Positions 12,541-25,016 of a stretch of 56,723 nucleotides of DNA are shown here, in pieces. Both the position numbers and the translations under genes were made by a program. The notes beneath the pieces were generated by a model that saw nothing but the letters and a program-made list of their open reading frames with translations, was not told where the DNA came from and ran no database searches. The stretch spans positions 30,377-87,099 of the forward strand of contig JAQGDQ010000860.1 of assembly GCA_030141605.1 (NCBI GenBank), written 5' to 3'. The stretch comes from Tubiluchus corallicola. Taxonomy: Eukaryota; Animalia; Priapulida. How positions within the stretch are numbered: the stretch's first letter is position 1; every line of letters begins with the position of its first letter.

Positions 12541-12962
12541 TACAGTATATGTAACTTAATGTCACTATGTAATTTGTATACATGTGTGTAACAAATGATG
12601 CAGACTGATCGGTATAATGATTATGTGCAAAGCAGCCTTAAAAGCGTTGTACTTTAAATGGAGGTCTGAAAATGGTTTAAAATGTTCATAGCTATGTGGC
12701 GAGTACAAGACAATGAAAGACATAAATGCAAAATTGTATTAGAAACTTTTACATTATTAGGCATCCATATATATGTACTTGAAGACTTCTTTAACTCACA
12801 ACAGAAAAAAGTTAACATGACCATGGCACACAGTAGAAATTTTTGTGACTTTGAATTAAATTGCTGATATATAGTTATTTAAATAATCTACGTATATCTT
12901 CACATGCAATGAAGTGGCATAAACTTTCTAAGATTTTAACTCTTAAGAAGTCTTAAGTCTAA

Positions 12963-14423
12963 GAACTCATAGACTTCTTACGCAGGTTTAGTGATGTCAA
13001 CAGGTATGGAGCCAATGAAGAAGTCATAGACTTCTTACGCAGGTTTAGTGATGTCAACAGGTATGGAGCCAATGAAGAAGTCATAGACTTCTTACGCAGG
13101 TTTAGTGATGTCAACAGGTATGGAGCCAATGAAGAAGTCATAGACTTCTTATGCAGGTTTAGTGATGTCAACAGGTATGGAGCCAATGAAGAAGTCATAG
13201 ACTTCTTACGCAGGTTTAGTGATGTCAACAGGTATGGAGCCAATGAAGAAGTCATAGACTTCTTATGCAGGTTTAGTGATGTCAACAGGTATGGAGCCAA
13301 TGAAGAAGTCATAGACTTCTTACGCAGGTTTAGTGATGTCAACAGGTATGGAGCCAATGAAGAAGTCATAGACTTCTTACGCAGGTTTAGTGATGTCAAC
13401 AGGTATGGAGCCAATGAAGAAGTCATAGACTTTACGCAGGTTTAGTGATGTCAACAGGTATGGAGCCAATGAAGAAGTCATAGACTTCTTACGCAGGTTT
13501 AGTGATGTCAACAGGTATGGAGCCAATGAAGAAGTCATAGACTTCTTACGCAGGTTTAGTGATGTCAACAGGTATGGAGCCAATGAAGAAGTCATAGACT
13601 TCTTATGCAGGTTTAGTGATGTCAACAGGTATGGAGCCAATGAAGAAGTCATAGACTTCTTACGCAGGTTTAGTGATGTCAACAGGTATGGAGCCAATGA
13701 AGAAGACTTCTTACGCAGGTTTAGTGATGTCAACAGGTATGGAGCCAATGAAGAAGACTTCTTACGCAGGTTTAGTGATGTCAACAGGTATGGAGCCAAT
13801 GAAGAAGTCATAGACTTCTTATGCAGGTTTAGTGATGTCAACAGGTATGGAGCCAATGAAGAAGTCATAGACTTCTTACGCAGGTTTAGTGATGTCAACA
13901 GGTATGGAGCCAATGAAGAAGTCACAGACCTCTTACGCAGGTTTAGTGATGTCAACAGGTATGGAGCCAATGAAGAAGTCATAGACTTCTTATGCAGGTT
14001 TAGTGATGTCAACAGGTATGGAGCCAATGAAGAAGTCACAGACTTCTTACGCAGGTTTAGTGATGTCAACAGGTATGGAGCCAATGAAGAAGACTTCTTA
14101 CGCAGGTTTAGTGATGTCAACAGGTATGGAGCCAATGAAGAAGACTTCTTACGCAGGTTTAGTGATGTCAACAGGTATGGAGCCAATGAAGAAGACTTCT
14201 TACGCAGGTTTAGTGATGCCAACAGGTATGGAACCAATGAAGAAGTCATAGACCTCTTACGCAGGTTTAGTGATGTCAACAGGTATGGAGCCAATGAAGA
14301 AGTCATAGACTTCTTACGCAGGTTTAGTGATGTCAACAGGTATGGAACCAATGAAGAAGTCATAGACCTCTTACGCAGGTTTAGTGATGTCAACAGGTAT
14401 GGAGCCGATGAAGAAGTCATAGA
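12963..14423. repeat. 57-bp minisatellite, about 26 units (five 51-bp variants, one 55-bp variant)
   Basis: Unit GAAGTCATAGACTTCTTACGCAGGTTTAGTGATGTCAACAGGTATGGAGCCAATGAA. Confidence 0.95.
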
Positions 14424-16917
14424 TGAAGTCTGGGATTTTGCAATCGAACAACAGACACTGATTCGAACAAATACATTGGGTTTAATTGTGCAATCAAAGT
14501 GAAGTCTGGAATAACTATAACTGCATTATAGACAGTACAATAGGTTTCGTTCTGCATGGCTTGTGCATAACTTCCTCAAAAACATGACAGAAAACAATAA
14601 AACTTCCGACCAACTAAAATCTAAAGGTGAGCAAACACTACTATTAAAAATGTTAATAGAAATGTGAAAATGTAACAGCACATGAACAGTTACTGTTGCA
14701 GGAAGAGAAAAAGAATTAAACAAAGATACACAAGAAACAGAAACAGAACACAAAATACACAATCATAATAATGGCAGCAAAATGAACAGAACTGCACAAA
14801 AATTCTCGAGGATTTTACACAATAACATCAATTTCATCAAAAGATTCTCATAGATAATTTTCTGTTAAAAACAGTAAATGTATGACTTGCTTGTTAAGTA
14901 GATGCATAACAAGCCTGTTTGCAAAAGTGAATTCTGTGATAACTTCAAGTGAATAAAACAAACACATCGGGTGTTTGCATGTCATCTGTAAAACTTAGAA
15001 ATGCATAGAAACCATCAAGTACAAGGCAATCATTATTTAATGAGAGCAGTTCTGTGGTAATGAACGGTTAAAGAATCTCCATTGTTATTAATAAAGTCAC
15101 AAGTAGCTATAAGCGTGTTTGTATAACAAAATCGTCCATAAATCGGCAATTAGGTTTTTCTAATTGTTCACATATCTCCGTTTCATCAGGATCATTTTGA
15201 TAACAAGTTCATTGCTCTATGTTATTTCTAAGCTGAGATAATCCATGCTGAAGTTGAGGTGCAGGCTACACACTGCAACCTTGAGAAAACCACAGTTAGC
15301 GTTAGCCATTGTTTTTTGTCGCATTCCTACATGAACAACTTAGCAACCGCACAAACATTAGTTGCTATGGATTTTGCAAGAACACATTGAAGTTATGTTT
15401 AAAACCAGTAGATGGCAGCAGTTACTTTTGAAGATCTCGTCTTGACAAAAGAAAAACCAGAAACAAAATGACTGCTTGCATAAGTTACTACCGAAGTTTG
15501 AAAAAACAAGTTTTTTACATTTGCAGTACTAGTTTTCGCTTGTGGAACAAACTTTAGAGAAATCACTTCCGAGCACTAGCCCCTTTGTTGTTTCTACCGT
15601 GAGGGTGATATCACACCTAAACCTGTCTGTAAATCTAACTGTGTTTTTAGCCTGCACCCACCATGTTTGTTTTGCTTGCTTAATAACCTTCTTTCATAAC
15701 CTCTAATACCATCACCAATTAGCAAGTTGCTCTTCTCAGCATGCATACTAACCATGTGCACACCAAACTTCTAGTATGTCGTCAAAGACTTTTAGAAGTA
15801 TATTATTCAAGAGTTCAAGACTTTTCGCCAGACAAGTGAGTACGGTGTTATAAAATTAGATTTTTAATACTTTTTGAACATTTTCTTGATATTTTGATGC
15901 TAGACTACAAAAGTCCAAAATGTTCAGAATTTTTTAAAATAAATAAAAAATGGCATTTGACCTAACTTTTTGTGCATTCTAATTTGAGGCATCATAACGT
16001 AGTTTTAACGATGCCAACTTATGGGCGGTCTAGGTTTGCAAGCACATATAATGCAGTTCAAATTCAATGACTTCACCTTTTCTACATGACTTTAGCAACA
16101 TCTAGCAATTCAAACACTTGCAATTCTCTGAAGAAGAACTGAGATAATTACAGAAACTTAGTATTCTTAACAAATAAACTTAACAAAAAGAAGCAAAACT
16201 ATGGTGACAGGCTAAAAGCGCAAAACTGCCAATGCTCTTCACTGCTGTCCGGTCAATGCGGCTTTTACCAATGTGCAGATTATCGTTCTACACATAAAAG
16301 CTTTGATTGCTCGCAAGTTGGTGCTATTTAGCACGTTAAGTCTTAAGTCTTATTGAAGCCCCAGGGTTGTAACAATGCTACAGATTCCCAGAAGTGATGA
16401 TGGCAAATATTCTAGATTACTGATGAAGCTCATTACATTTGCACAATAATACAACGTTGAAACTAAGCACAATTTCTTATACACAATATTTAACTGTTAC
16501 AATAATGCTTTGCTAAAAGTAGTTTTCTTAACACACAAATCACGCATATAATAACGATAATATAACTGGAATGCGATTATATAATTGAAAGTAAAACAGC
16601 TCTTTAACTCAAATGACAAACCATAAATTTTAAAGCAAAAGATTCGCGCGCTTCTTTTATTGGTCCAACCCTCTGTCATCAAATCTGTCAATTCTCCAAA
16701 ATTGCGTGCACCGCGTTATTTCCGACTTTTGTAATTCGTGGAAACGGCGTTTTTCTGCGACTTATCCATTTCGAGTGTGCTGCGTGATAATTAACGACTA
16801 TGATGAGGGTATTCTAAAAGTGGCACTATCTAGCGTTCACCATTACCTACACTATGATTTACGAATTGCTTTTAATTAACTGGTTATCTTATAGTCTTTT
16901 ATATTGGTTTTTACAGA

Positions 16918-17010
16918 CTGGTTTACCCAGCGATGCCATATACGTATCAAATGTAGATGTATTTAAGAGAAGATTGAACAAGCAATGGGCTGGGAAAGAG
17001 ATGGTATACA
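16918..17010 (+). mobile_element. CR1/L2-like LINE 3'-end fragment
   Basis: LPSDAIYVSNVDVFKRRLNKQW matches the typical CR1 ORF2 C-terminus (LP..V..a.sv..FK.rLD..w). Confidence 0.55.
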
Positions 17011-18130
17011 ATTACATGTTCTTCTTTGAAGATACAGACTCGAACTTGTGTACATGATTTGGCTAGAAGATTACTACTTTGCCAAACCAACATAAGGTAA
17101 CATAAGGTAAGATGGCTATAATACTTTGCGATAAACAAGATCATGTCACACCCTAATCTGAGGTATAAGGAAGTTTCAAATGGCACAACGTTTCAACAAA
17201 ATAAAACAATTACAATTCAAAACCATTCTTGTATCTTGTTTGCTAACATTGCTAACTTGAGGGTGGATAGTTTGTTAAGTAAGTCATTAAGTTATAATCC
17301 CAAGAAGGAAAAACATCAATTTGATCAATTTTTCACTTGTTTGTTGACATTTCTTGAACTACAAGTAAAATAGGGCAAAAGACAGACTTCACAAAGTGAC
17401 CATAATAATTTGTAGCAAAGTAATCATTTTCCGTGTGCTGAGGTTATTGATACATAACCCTGAACTTTACTGTAATTTAGGCTAATTAATTTTGTTAATG
17501 AAAAATAAAGAAAATAGTTAACTGAAATGTGCTACATTTGGATAAGTTGTTTGTTGTTATTATGAGCTCTATCTGGTGGCACTAACAGCATAAACTATAT
17601 AGTAAGAATCTCCTATAGCACGACAAAAGCCAGTTGGTACGTGATATCGGATTTGCGATGACGCAGTTGCAAAATACGCAAATTTTGCAGATTGCCGATA
17701 GTGAATTGTTCACAGAAATGCAGATTTTTGATGCGTAACTTTGCGGATCTTATGGGTAATTATGGCATGTGAAAGCCGGGTAAGGTAAAATTTTCAGTTG
17801 TTCGTACAGCAATTTGTTACCCAAATTTCAGTACTTTTTGTTTTGTCATGATAGTTTGCACCTTCGTGGTCTGGTGTGATGGGGATTGTAGTGGATTGAT
17901 GTATTGTGTGGGTTGTCATTGAGGGGTTAAAAGACTAAAAGCAAAATTCCTTTGTTTTCAAAGGGGGCTAATAATTTATTATTGATTAGTGATTATAATT
18001 CCCAGCTTCATACAAAAAAAGGTTTTTTTACAATAGGGCACACATAGGAAGCTTCCATATTTTCACTTGCTCTTGTGAAGATTTTTCCCGGATTTGTCAG
18101 CACAAATTTGTACCCATGTTGTTTCTTGTA

Positions 18131-18607
18131 CTGTCAACCTCGGATATAAGGGACACCTCCAGACCGGGAAAAGTCGTCCCTTTTATCCGATTTGCCTTAT
18201 AGGCGAAGCTGAGTCACACTGTGGGTGTATCTAGACCTGTTCTTTCTTTTATCCATATTTTTATGGATTATTGCTACACATTCAGTGCAAACGGTATGTA
18301 GGAAGCTCCTTTAGCGATGCGAGATGTATGTGACCAAGGAAACCGAGCTGTTTGAAAGCCGAGTTTGCGAAAAATTGAGGTTAGAAATCCATCAATTTTG
18401 CTTTGATCCCTTATATGTGAGGTTATTTACCTGGGTTTCTATTACGCGGAACCTAAAGATATCGTCTGTCCCTTATAACCGAAAGTCGCTTATATCCGAG
18501 TACCTTATACACGAAAATTTCTTTAAGGAAATACTTTACGAAAAATTGGAACCGGTGTTGGTGGTCCCTTATAAGCGAATAATGTCCCTTATGGCCGAGG
18601 TTGACTG
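18131..18607. mobile_element. Tc1/mariner (pogo-like) MITE
   Basis: TIRs CTGTCAACCTCGGATATAAGGGACA / TGTCCCTTATGGCCGAGGTTGACTG, flanked by TA on both sides. Confidence 0.85.
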
Positions 18608-19192
18608 TATTCACTGGTTAAAGAGAAAGTGATAACTGCGCATCTCTGGTTGGGAGACAGTACCTCAACAGCACATTGATACAGTTTCTCAGTCTTCAAC
18701 AGAGTAGATATTGGAGACAGTTCTTTATTAGAGACACATAAACCAAATTAACAAAGATTTTGTTTCCTCAGCTATCCTATAGAAACAGCAGCTATTAAAC
18801 TTGTTTGTTGATATTATCGTAGTGAAATTACGAAACTATGAGAATGTGCAAATAGAAATTATTATAAGTTAGAAATCAGCATAGAAAAACACATTCTTTT
18901 TAATGAAATGCATCACAACGCAAGGAAATCTACAATTTACATCATTCCACTTCGCATTGTTCTTCAGTTGAAGCAAAAACTACTACATTTCAAGTTTTTC
19001 ATACGTAAATAACTTCTTGCAGGAGGCTTTTGATTGGATGACGCAAAAATGTCGGAAAAGCAAAGCAAAAACAACATTGCAATTGGAGCATTTAGAAATA
19101 CTTTCTCCAGTGTATATTCTTAAATGTCATTTCATGTTAGACGATCATTTAAAATCAGCACCATCCTGACACTAAACATTTACAAAAGGTTT

Positions 19193-20710
19193 TTATTTAG
19201 CGTGAAGTCTCAAATGTCTCTTTAGACTGCCTGCCTGAGTAAATGATGAACCACACTGACTGCAACAAAAAGGTTTTTCTCCGGTGTGAATTCTCAAATG
19301 TCTCTTCAAATCATTCGACCCACCAAACGTAGCACCACATTGACTACACTTAAATAGTTTTAATGGTTTCTCTCCAGTGTGAACTCGTGAATGCACTTTC
19401 AGAGTACCTGCTTGGGTAAACGCAGCATCACACAGACTACACTTGAATGGTTTTTCTCCAGTGTGAGTTCTTGAATGTGCTTTCAGATAGGCTGATTGAG
19501 AAAATGCGGCATCACATTGACTACATTTAAAAGGTTTTTCTCCCGTGTGAGTTCTTAAATGCCTTTTCAAATAGCTATGTTGAGTAAACGCAGCGTCACA
19601 ATGACTACACTTAAAAGATCTTTCTCCTGTACAAGCTCTTAAGTGTCTCTTCAGATGGCTGGCAGAAATAAAGGCAGCATTACATTGACTGCACTTGCAT
19701 GGTTTTTCACCAGTGTGGCTTCTGGAATGTACTATCAGAGAGCTTGACCCAGTAAATGCAGCACCACATTGACTACACAAAAAAGGTTTCTCTCCAGTGT
19801 GAATTCTTGAATGTACTTTTAGATAACTTGACGTTGTAAATGCGGCACCACACTGAACACACTTAAATGGTTTTTCTCCAGTGTGAACTCTCATATGTAC
19901 TTTCAGATGACTTGACGTAGTGAATGCGGCATCGCAATGACTACATCTAAAAGGTTTTTCTCCAGAATGTATTTTCAAATGCCATTTCAAACCATGCTTA
20001 CTTGCTAATACAGCACCGCATTGCTCACATATGAAAGACATTTTTTTTGCTTTGCTCAGAAGATGTGTTTTTGGTGGTTCGTGGGTAGAAGCAGCTACAT
20101 TTTCATTGTGTCTAGCAGCTAAATCAGACTGAAGATTGAATGATGGTGACTCTTTTCTTGTATGATTTACAGTTGTTTGAAGTTTGTCATGTGTGAATCT
20201 AGAATCTTCATTCAAACAATTATCTGCTGTAGTCACTTTGACACTGCAATCACTTTTCACATGTAAAGGGTTATGTCTGTCACTCACATGTGATATTTTA
20301 CGGATGTCCTTGTTTTCCATCACATTACCTGCAAGGCCATCATGTCCGGTTTTTATAAGCATTTCACACATTTGGAAATCACAATCTGCTGTTTTGTATT
20401 TGCTGTTGTTTTCTGCATTAACTGCTTCAACATCGCTTTCTGTTTTTGCTTGAACTTTGTCAATTTGCACATCATCATCATCTATTGCTTCAACATCACT
20501 TTCTGTTTTTGCTTGAACTTTGTCAATTTGCACATCATCATCATCTATTGCTTCAACATCACTTTCTGTTTTTACTTCAGCATTGTCAATTTGCACATCA
20601 TCATCATCATCATCATCATCTATTGTTTCATCATTAATGCAATTCCTCATGGAATCATATGAATGACCAAGTTCAGTTTTTACTTCAGCAGGAATTACAG
20701 CTCGATCCAT
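19193..20710 (-). CDS. C2H2 zinc-finger protein, 505 aa: acidic N-terminus with three 21-aa repeats, then 10 tandem fingers
   Basis: Single long ORF with CxxC..HxxxH fingers and TGEKPF linkers; finger 5 ends HLRAC. A likely 5'UTR intron runs from donor GAG|GTAATT at 21416 to acceptor TTCTTACAG at 20741. Confidence 0.93.
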   Translation of the reverse strand: MDRAVIPAEVKTELGHSYDSMRNCINDETIDDDDDDDDVQIDNAEVKTESDVEAIDDDDVQIDKVQAKTESDVEAIDDDDVQIDKVQAKTESDVEAVNAENNSKYKTADCDFQMCEMLIKTGHDGLAGNVMENKDIRKISHVSDRHNPLHVKSDCSVKVTTADNCLNEDSRFTHDKLQTTVNHTRKESPSFNLQSDLAARHNENVAASTHEPPKTHLLSKAKKMSFICEQCGAVLASKHGLKWHLKIHSGEKPFRCSHCDAAFTTSSHLKVHMRVHTGEKPFKCVQCGAAFTTSSYLKVHSRIHTGEKPFLCSQCGAAFTGSSSLIVHSRSHTGEKPCKCSQCNAAFISASHLKRHLRACTGERSFKCSHCDAAFTQHSYLKRHLRTHTGEKPFKCSQCDAAFSQSAYLKAHSRTHTGEKPFKCSLCDAAFTQAGTLKVHSRVHTGEKPLKLFKCSQCGATFGGSNDLKRHLRIHTGEKPFCCSQCGSSFTQAGSLKRHLRLHAK

Positions 20711-20949
20711 TTTTGATGAAAAAAACTTCGAAGTTTATTTCTGTAAGAAAAAATTAATCAAATTATTTTCAAATAAAGCAAGTCACTTGAATCACATGAT
20801 GTCGACTGCATTATAAATGAAATAATAATTAGGTATGATTTTGCAAGCGTCTTCTCTAGACTGTACATGTTTCTATTGTAAATGACTTTTGTGGTTTCTT
20901 TTAATACTTTATGTGTGCCATGTAATTCTGAATTCATGAGCTGAAAGAT

Positions 20950-20988
20950 GATATATATATATATATATATATGCATATATACATATAT

Positions 20989-21067
<79 letters not shown>

Positions 21068-21090
21068 CACCCCCCCCACACACACACATA
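20950..21090. repeat. (TA)n/(CA)n microsatellite
   Basis: Directly visible. Confidence 0.95.
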
Positions 21091-21416
21091 TATTTAGTAT
21101 TTTTCAAACAATTTCAAGATAATTTAGATATATAAATGATAGCAATGAATTATACAAGGCATGGTGTACAGTGAAAATGGACCCAGAGAAACTCAGCAGG
21201 CCGATTTTTGTACACAGTGATAGCCATGGGATACTCAGATAAGAAAAATAATAACATTTTAATAAAATTCAGATTGAAAAAGAGAGCATTTGCTTTTACA
21301 GTTAAGGGAAAACCGTATGATTGTGTAAACATTAGTTCAGAATAAAGAATGCTCTATAATATTGAAAACCGCAAAAAGCTTTTTTTAATTTAAAACTTAG
21401 ATTAAATAATAATTAC

Positions 21417-21612
21417 CTCGGATACTCAAATTTCGTTAAACTTTCAAAGTTACGCGCGGCTCAGTGAATCTACTAAAATTGGCAGCGGCGCCTTTTTGTC
21501 ACGTTCGCGTGGCCGACAAATAGAAGGTGCTACTGTGATAAACATGATCATGAATTGCAGCGTTAGTTTCTGACGTCATATGATGTAAAGCCCATTTTTG
21601 TGACATCACGCA
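21417..21612 (-). promoter_or_regulatory. Putative non-coding first exon and promoter of the zinc-finger gene
   Basis: Local CpG-richer patch upstream of the donor at 21416, with a palindromic CRE TGACGTCA at 21571-21578. Confidence 0.35.
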
Positions 21613-24157
21613 CTTAATCAGTACTATAAGACTTATGTAAATGTGCTTGATGCACAAGGGAAGATGCCTGTCATTGCAGAAACTGTGATTAGTTTAAGAC
21701 ATAAGCAATAGCTGTGTTCAGTTGCTGCTAGTTAACTTTCTAAGCTAAATAATCAAATATAGGGAACAATTGTTAACTTTTGGCAAGAAAATGTATATTT
21801 TGGATAGTAAATAAAATGAGATTTGGTCTAAACAATGGTCCGGTCTTCCTTTAAATACAACCCGCTTTGGAGAAAGATGGCATTCAGCAAGTTTGCCATT
21901 ATAACGAGCTAATTATTACTAATGCAGAGAAACACAAAAACTTTGTTTTGCTAAAAATTTGGACACTAAGGAGTACTGGCATTATAGGAACTGGGGGATG
22001 GGGGGTGGATCCAGACTGTTTTCAGCACCCACTAAAGGCTTCTGTAAAACAGAGAGAATGTTGAAAAAAACACATGAACCACAAGCAAATTAAAACTCAG
22101 TAAATATCTGCTGAAAATACTAATCACCAAATACAAGAAGATCATGCAATAGCTGAATCCAATCCAACTATTGTGCTATTAGTTATTATTATTATTATTA
22201 TTATATTATTATTTTTTATTAGTTATTATTTTATTATTTTTGTAGAAATACTGACTCAAAACAACCCTAAAACATAGCATCTCATAAGTTACAGTACGTC
22301 CTTGCTGAACAACTCCCCGTTCAGCGATGTTTCATTTCAACGGCGCTGAGCATTTGACACCTTTTTTCATTTAACGACGCACTGTTTCAATTTAGAAATA
22401 ATTTTTTAAATTTACACTAACTATTTTTTATCTTATAGGAACTTGTTATATGTCACAATACAACTTGTTTGATGCATTATAACAGTATGTATTGTTTTAT
22501 TCTATTCTAAAAAATAAATATTAACATAAACAGTGCAATTACAATACAGGTATAATTTCTTTATTTCCCCATTGACCACTAAATGCTAGCCGATTGGTTT
22601 TTACAGGACCAGTTACCTAAATGCACTGCAGTAAACAACCAGATATAAACAGAATCAATCAATCTATTGCACAATATTTAGCACACTTGCAGTTTATGTG
22701 GTTCTTCTCGCATCCTACAACCTTCCCATATCAGTCCCACTGCCAACACCCTATCTCCTTCCCACTCCAAACCTCCCCTCCCTCTCCATTACCAAGAATG
22801 CCAAGCTGCCCGACCCAACCTGCCACACCGCAAACTCGTCAAAACTAATTAATTGACTAACTCACTGGCTAACTAACTAACTAGTTAATAATCTTCGTAC
22901 ATTCATCTTTTTTGCACGGTATGAAGCTTCAAATTATAGTGTGTTCCAATATTAATTATTTTATTGTATAAACCGCAACCCTGTTTTCCTGATTGTGCCG
23001 AGTTTCAAAAGAGAAATAAAAGTTGTGTAAAGCCAGTATTGTAAATTAGTACGTACACAGATGCTGCAAAATGGTGCATGTTGAGAAAATTCGCCCAAAG
23101 CTTTTTTTAACTTTTCAGTAAGTTTACAATTTGGTAGCGCATTGTGAAGAGGTTTTCTACGCCGTGGCAAACAGTAGTAGATAAAAAATATCGCTCTTTG
23201 CAGACTCCCAACTAAAAATATTTCATCAAATCAGTTTATCTTGTCCGTCTCGCGATGCTAACAGTAACTTTCTTAAAATTATTTTTATAAATAGGAAGTA
23301 TGTTATAACCTTTCTTTACATCAGTGTGCAGATAAAGGATGCATCTTTCTAATGACGCTCTGCTTTCACCGATATTTCTGATTTAGGCGATGTAAAAGTG
23401 CGTTAAAATAGAAACACCTAAACTGCAAACTATCCCATTATTTTTATAAAAATAATGACTATTAAAGCTCAGGCTTCCAGGAGGTAGTCACAGCAGATAA
23501 CTTTGCAAAATTTAGAGAAAAACGTTAAGCGAACAAACATAATAAGCGTTGCCATTAGCAAATAATTGTATCAAGCAGTAGGAGTAACCTTCGGATAAAA
23601 ACGACACGAGTACGGATAATTTCAATCTCTTCATGCGCGCACGACAGCATTTGTTATCAGAAACGTTGCAAAAAGCGTCAGTCATAATAATTCTAAATTT
23701 TATTTGTGAATCATTACTTAAGTTATTGCAGATGTTGTCTTAGGCTAAGACACAACAAGAATTGACAAGCATTTTAAAAGCAGTGTCGAAAACGTCAACA
23801 TCATAAGTTTTTTTAAAGTTTGTTTTGTAACATTTGAAGTTGTCTATTGCATTATCACATTGTGGCAAATTTTTCCAATCTGTAGTTCGAACATTACTAG
23901 TAATCGTTATTGCTGTCATCATTGTTGCAGTCACTACCATCATTGTCATCATCGTTCTTGCCATATACATCTTAAATTTCTAAATGTAATTTTAATGTGT
24001 GGATTGCTGTTGTCACTGCTGCTGTTATTAGTTATCCACTTACCTACCGATACCTATTTACCTGCCTACCTACTTAACTGCTTTCCTATCCACCTATATC
24101 CTGTGTCAACCAACAAACTAACCTACCAACCGACTAACCAATCAACAAACAAACAAC

Positions 24158-24410
<253 letters not shown>

Positions 24411-24600
24411 TGCCACGTATACTTTTTGCTTTCTTATGTACTTACTAGATAACGTGACTTCTTGTCACCACTACTTTTGATGGGACAATTCACAATGGCA
24501 TTGCAGTGCGGTATAAAATTTTTACATTATTGCCTACTATAGCTTCCTAGTTATCTTTATTAATGGCAACGGAAATGACAGAAAACGGAAATTGCTGTCT

Positions 24601-25016
24601 GACATCATTGTCCATTTACCTACTCATGACCACCATTCGTACTGTCGGACATCATTGTCCATTTACTTACTCATGACCACCATTATTAATTAGGACATCA
24701 TTGTCCATTTACTTACTCATGACCACCATTAGTACTGTCGGACATCATTGTCCATTTACTTACTCAAGACCACCATTATTACTGTCGGACATCATTGTCC
24801 ATTTACCTACTCATGACCACCATTAGTACTGTCGGACATCATTGTCCATTTACTTACTCATGACCACCATTATTAATTAGGACATCATTGTCCATTTACT
24901 TACTCATGACCACCATTAGTACTGTCGGACATCATTGTCCATTTACTTACTCAAGACCACCATTATTACTGTCGGACATCATTGTCCATTTACCTACTCA
25001 TGACCACCATTATTAA
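24601..25016. repeat. 46/47-bp minisatellite, about 9 copies
   Basis: Unit GACATCATTGTCCATTTACYTACTCATGACCACCATTAKTACTGTCG. Confidence 0.93.

Noticed and set aside
12959-14420. Minus-strand ORFs of repeated MTSSLAPYLLTSLNLRKKS
   Set aside because: By-product of a 57-bp unit with no unique flanking coding sequence. Not called as CDS.
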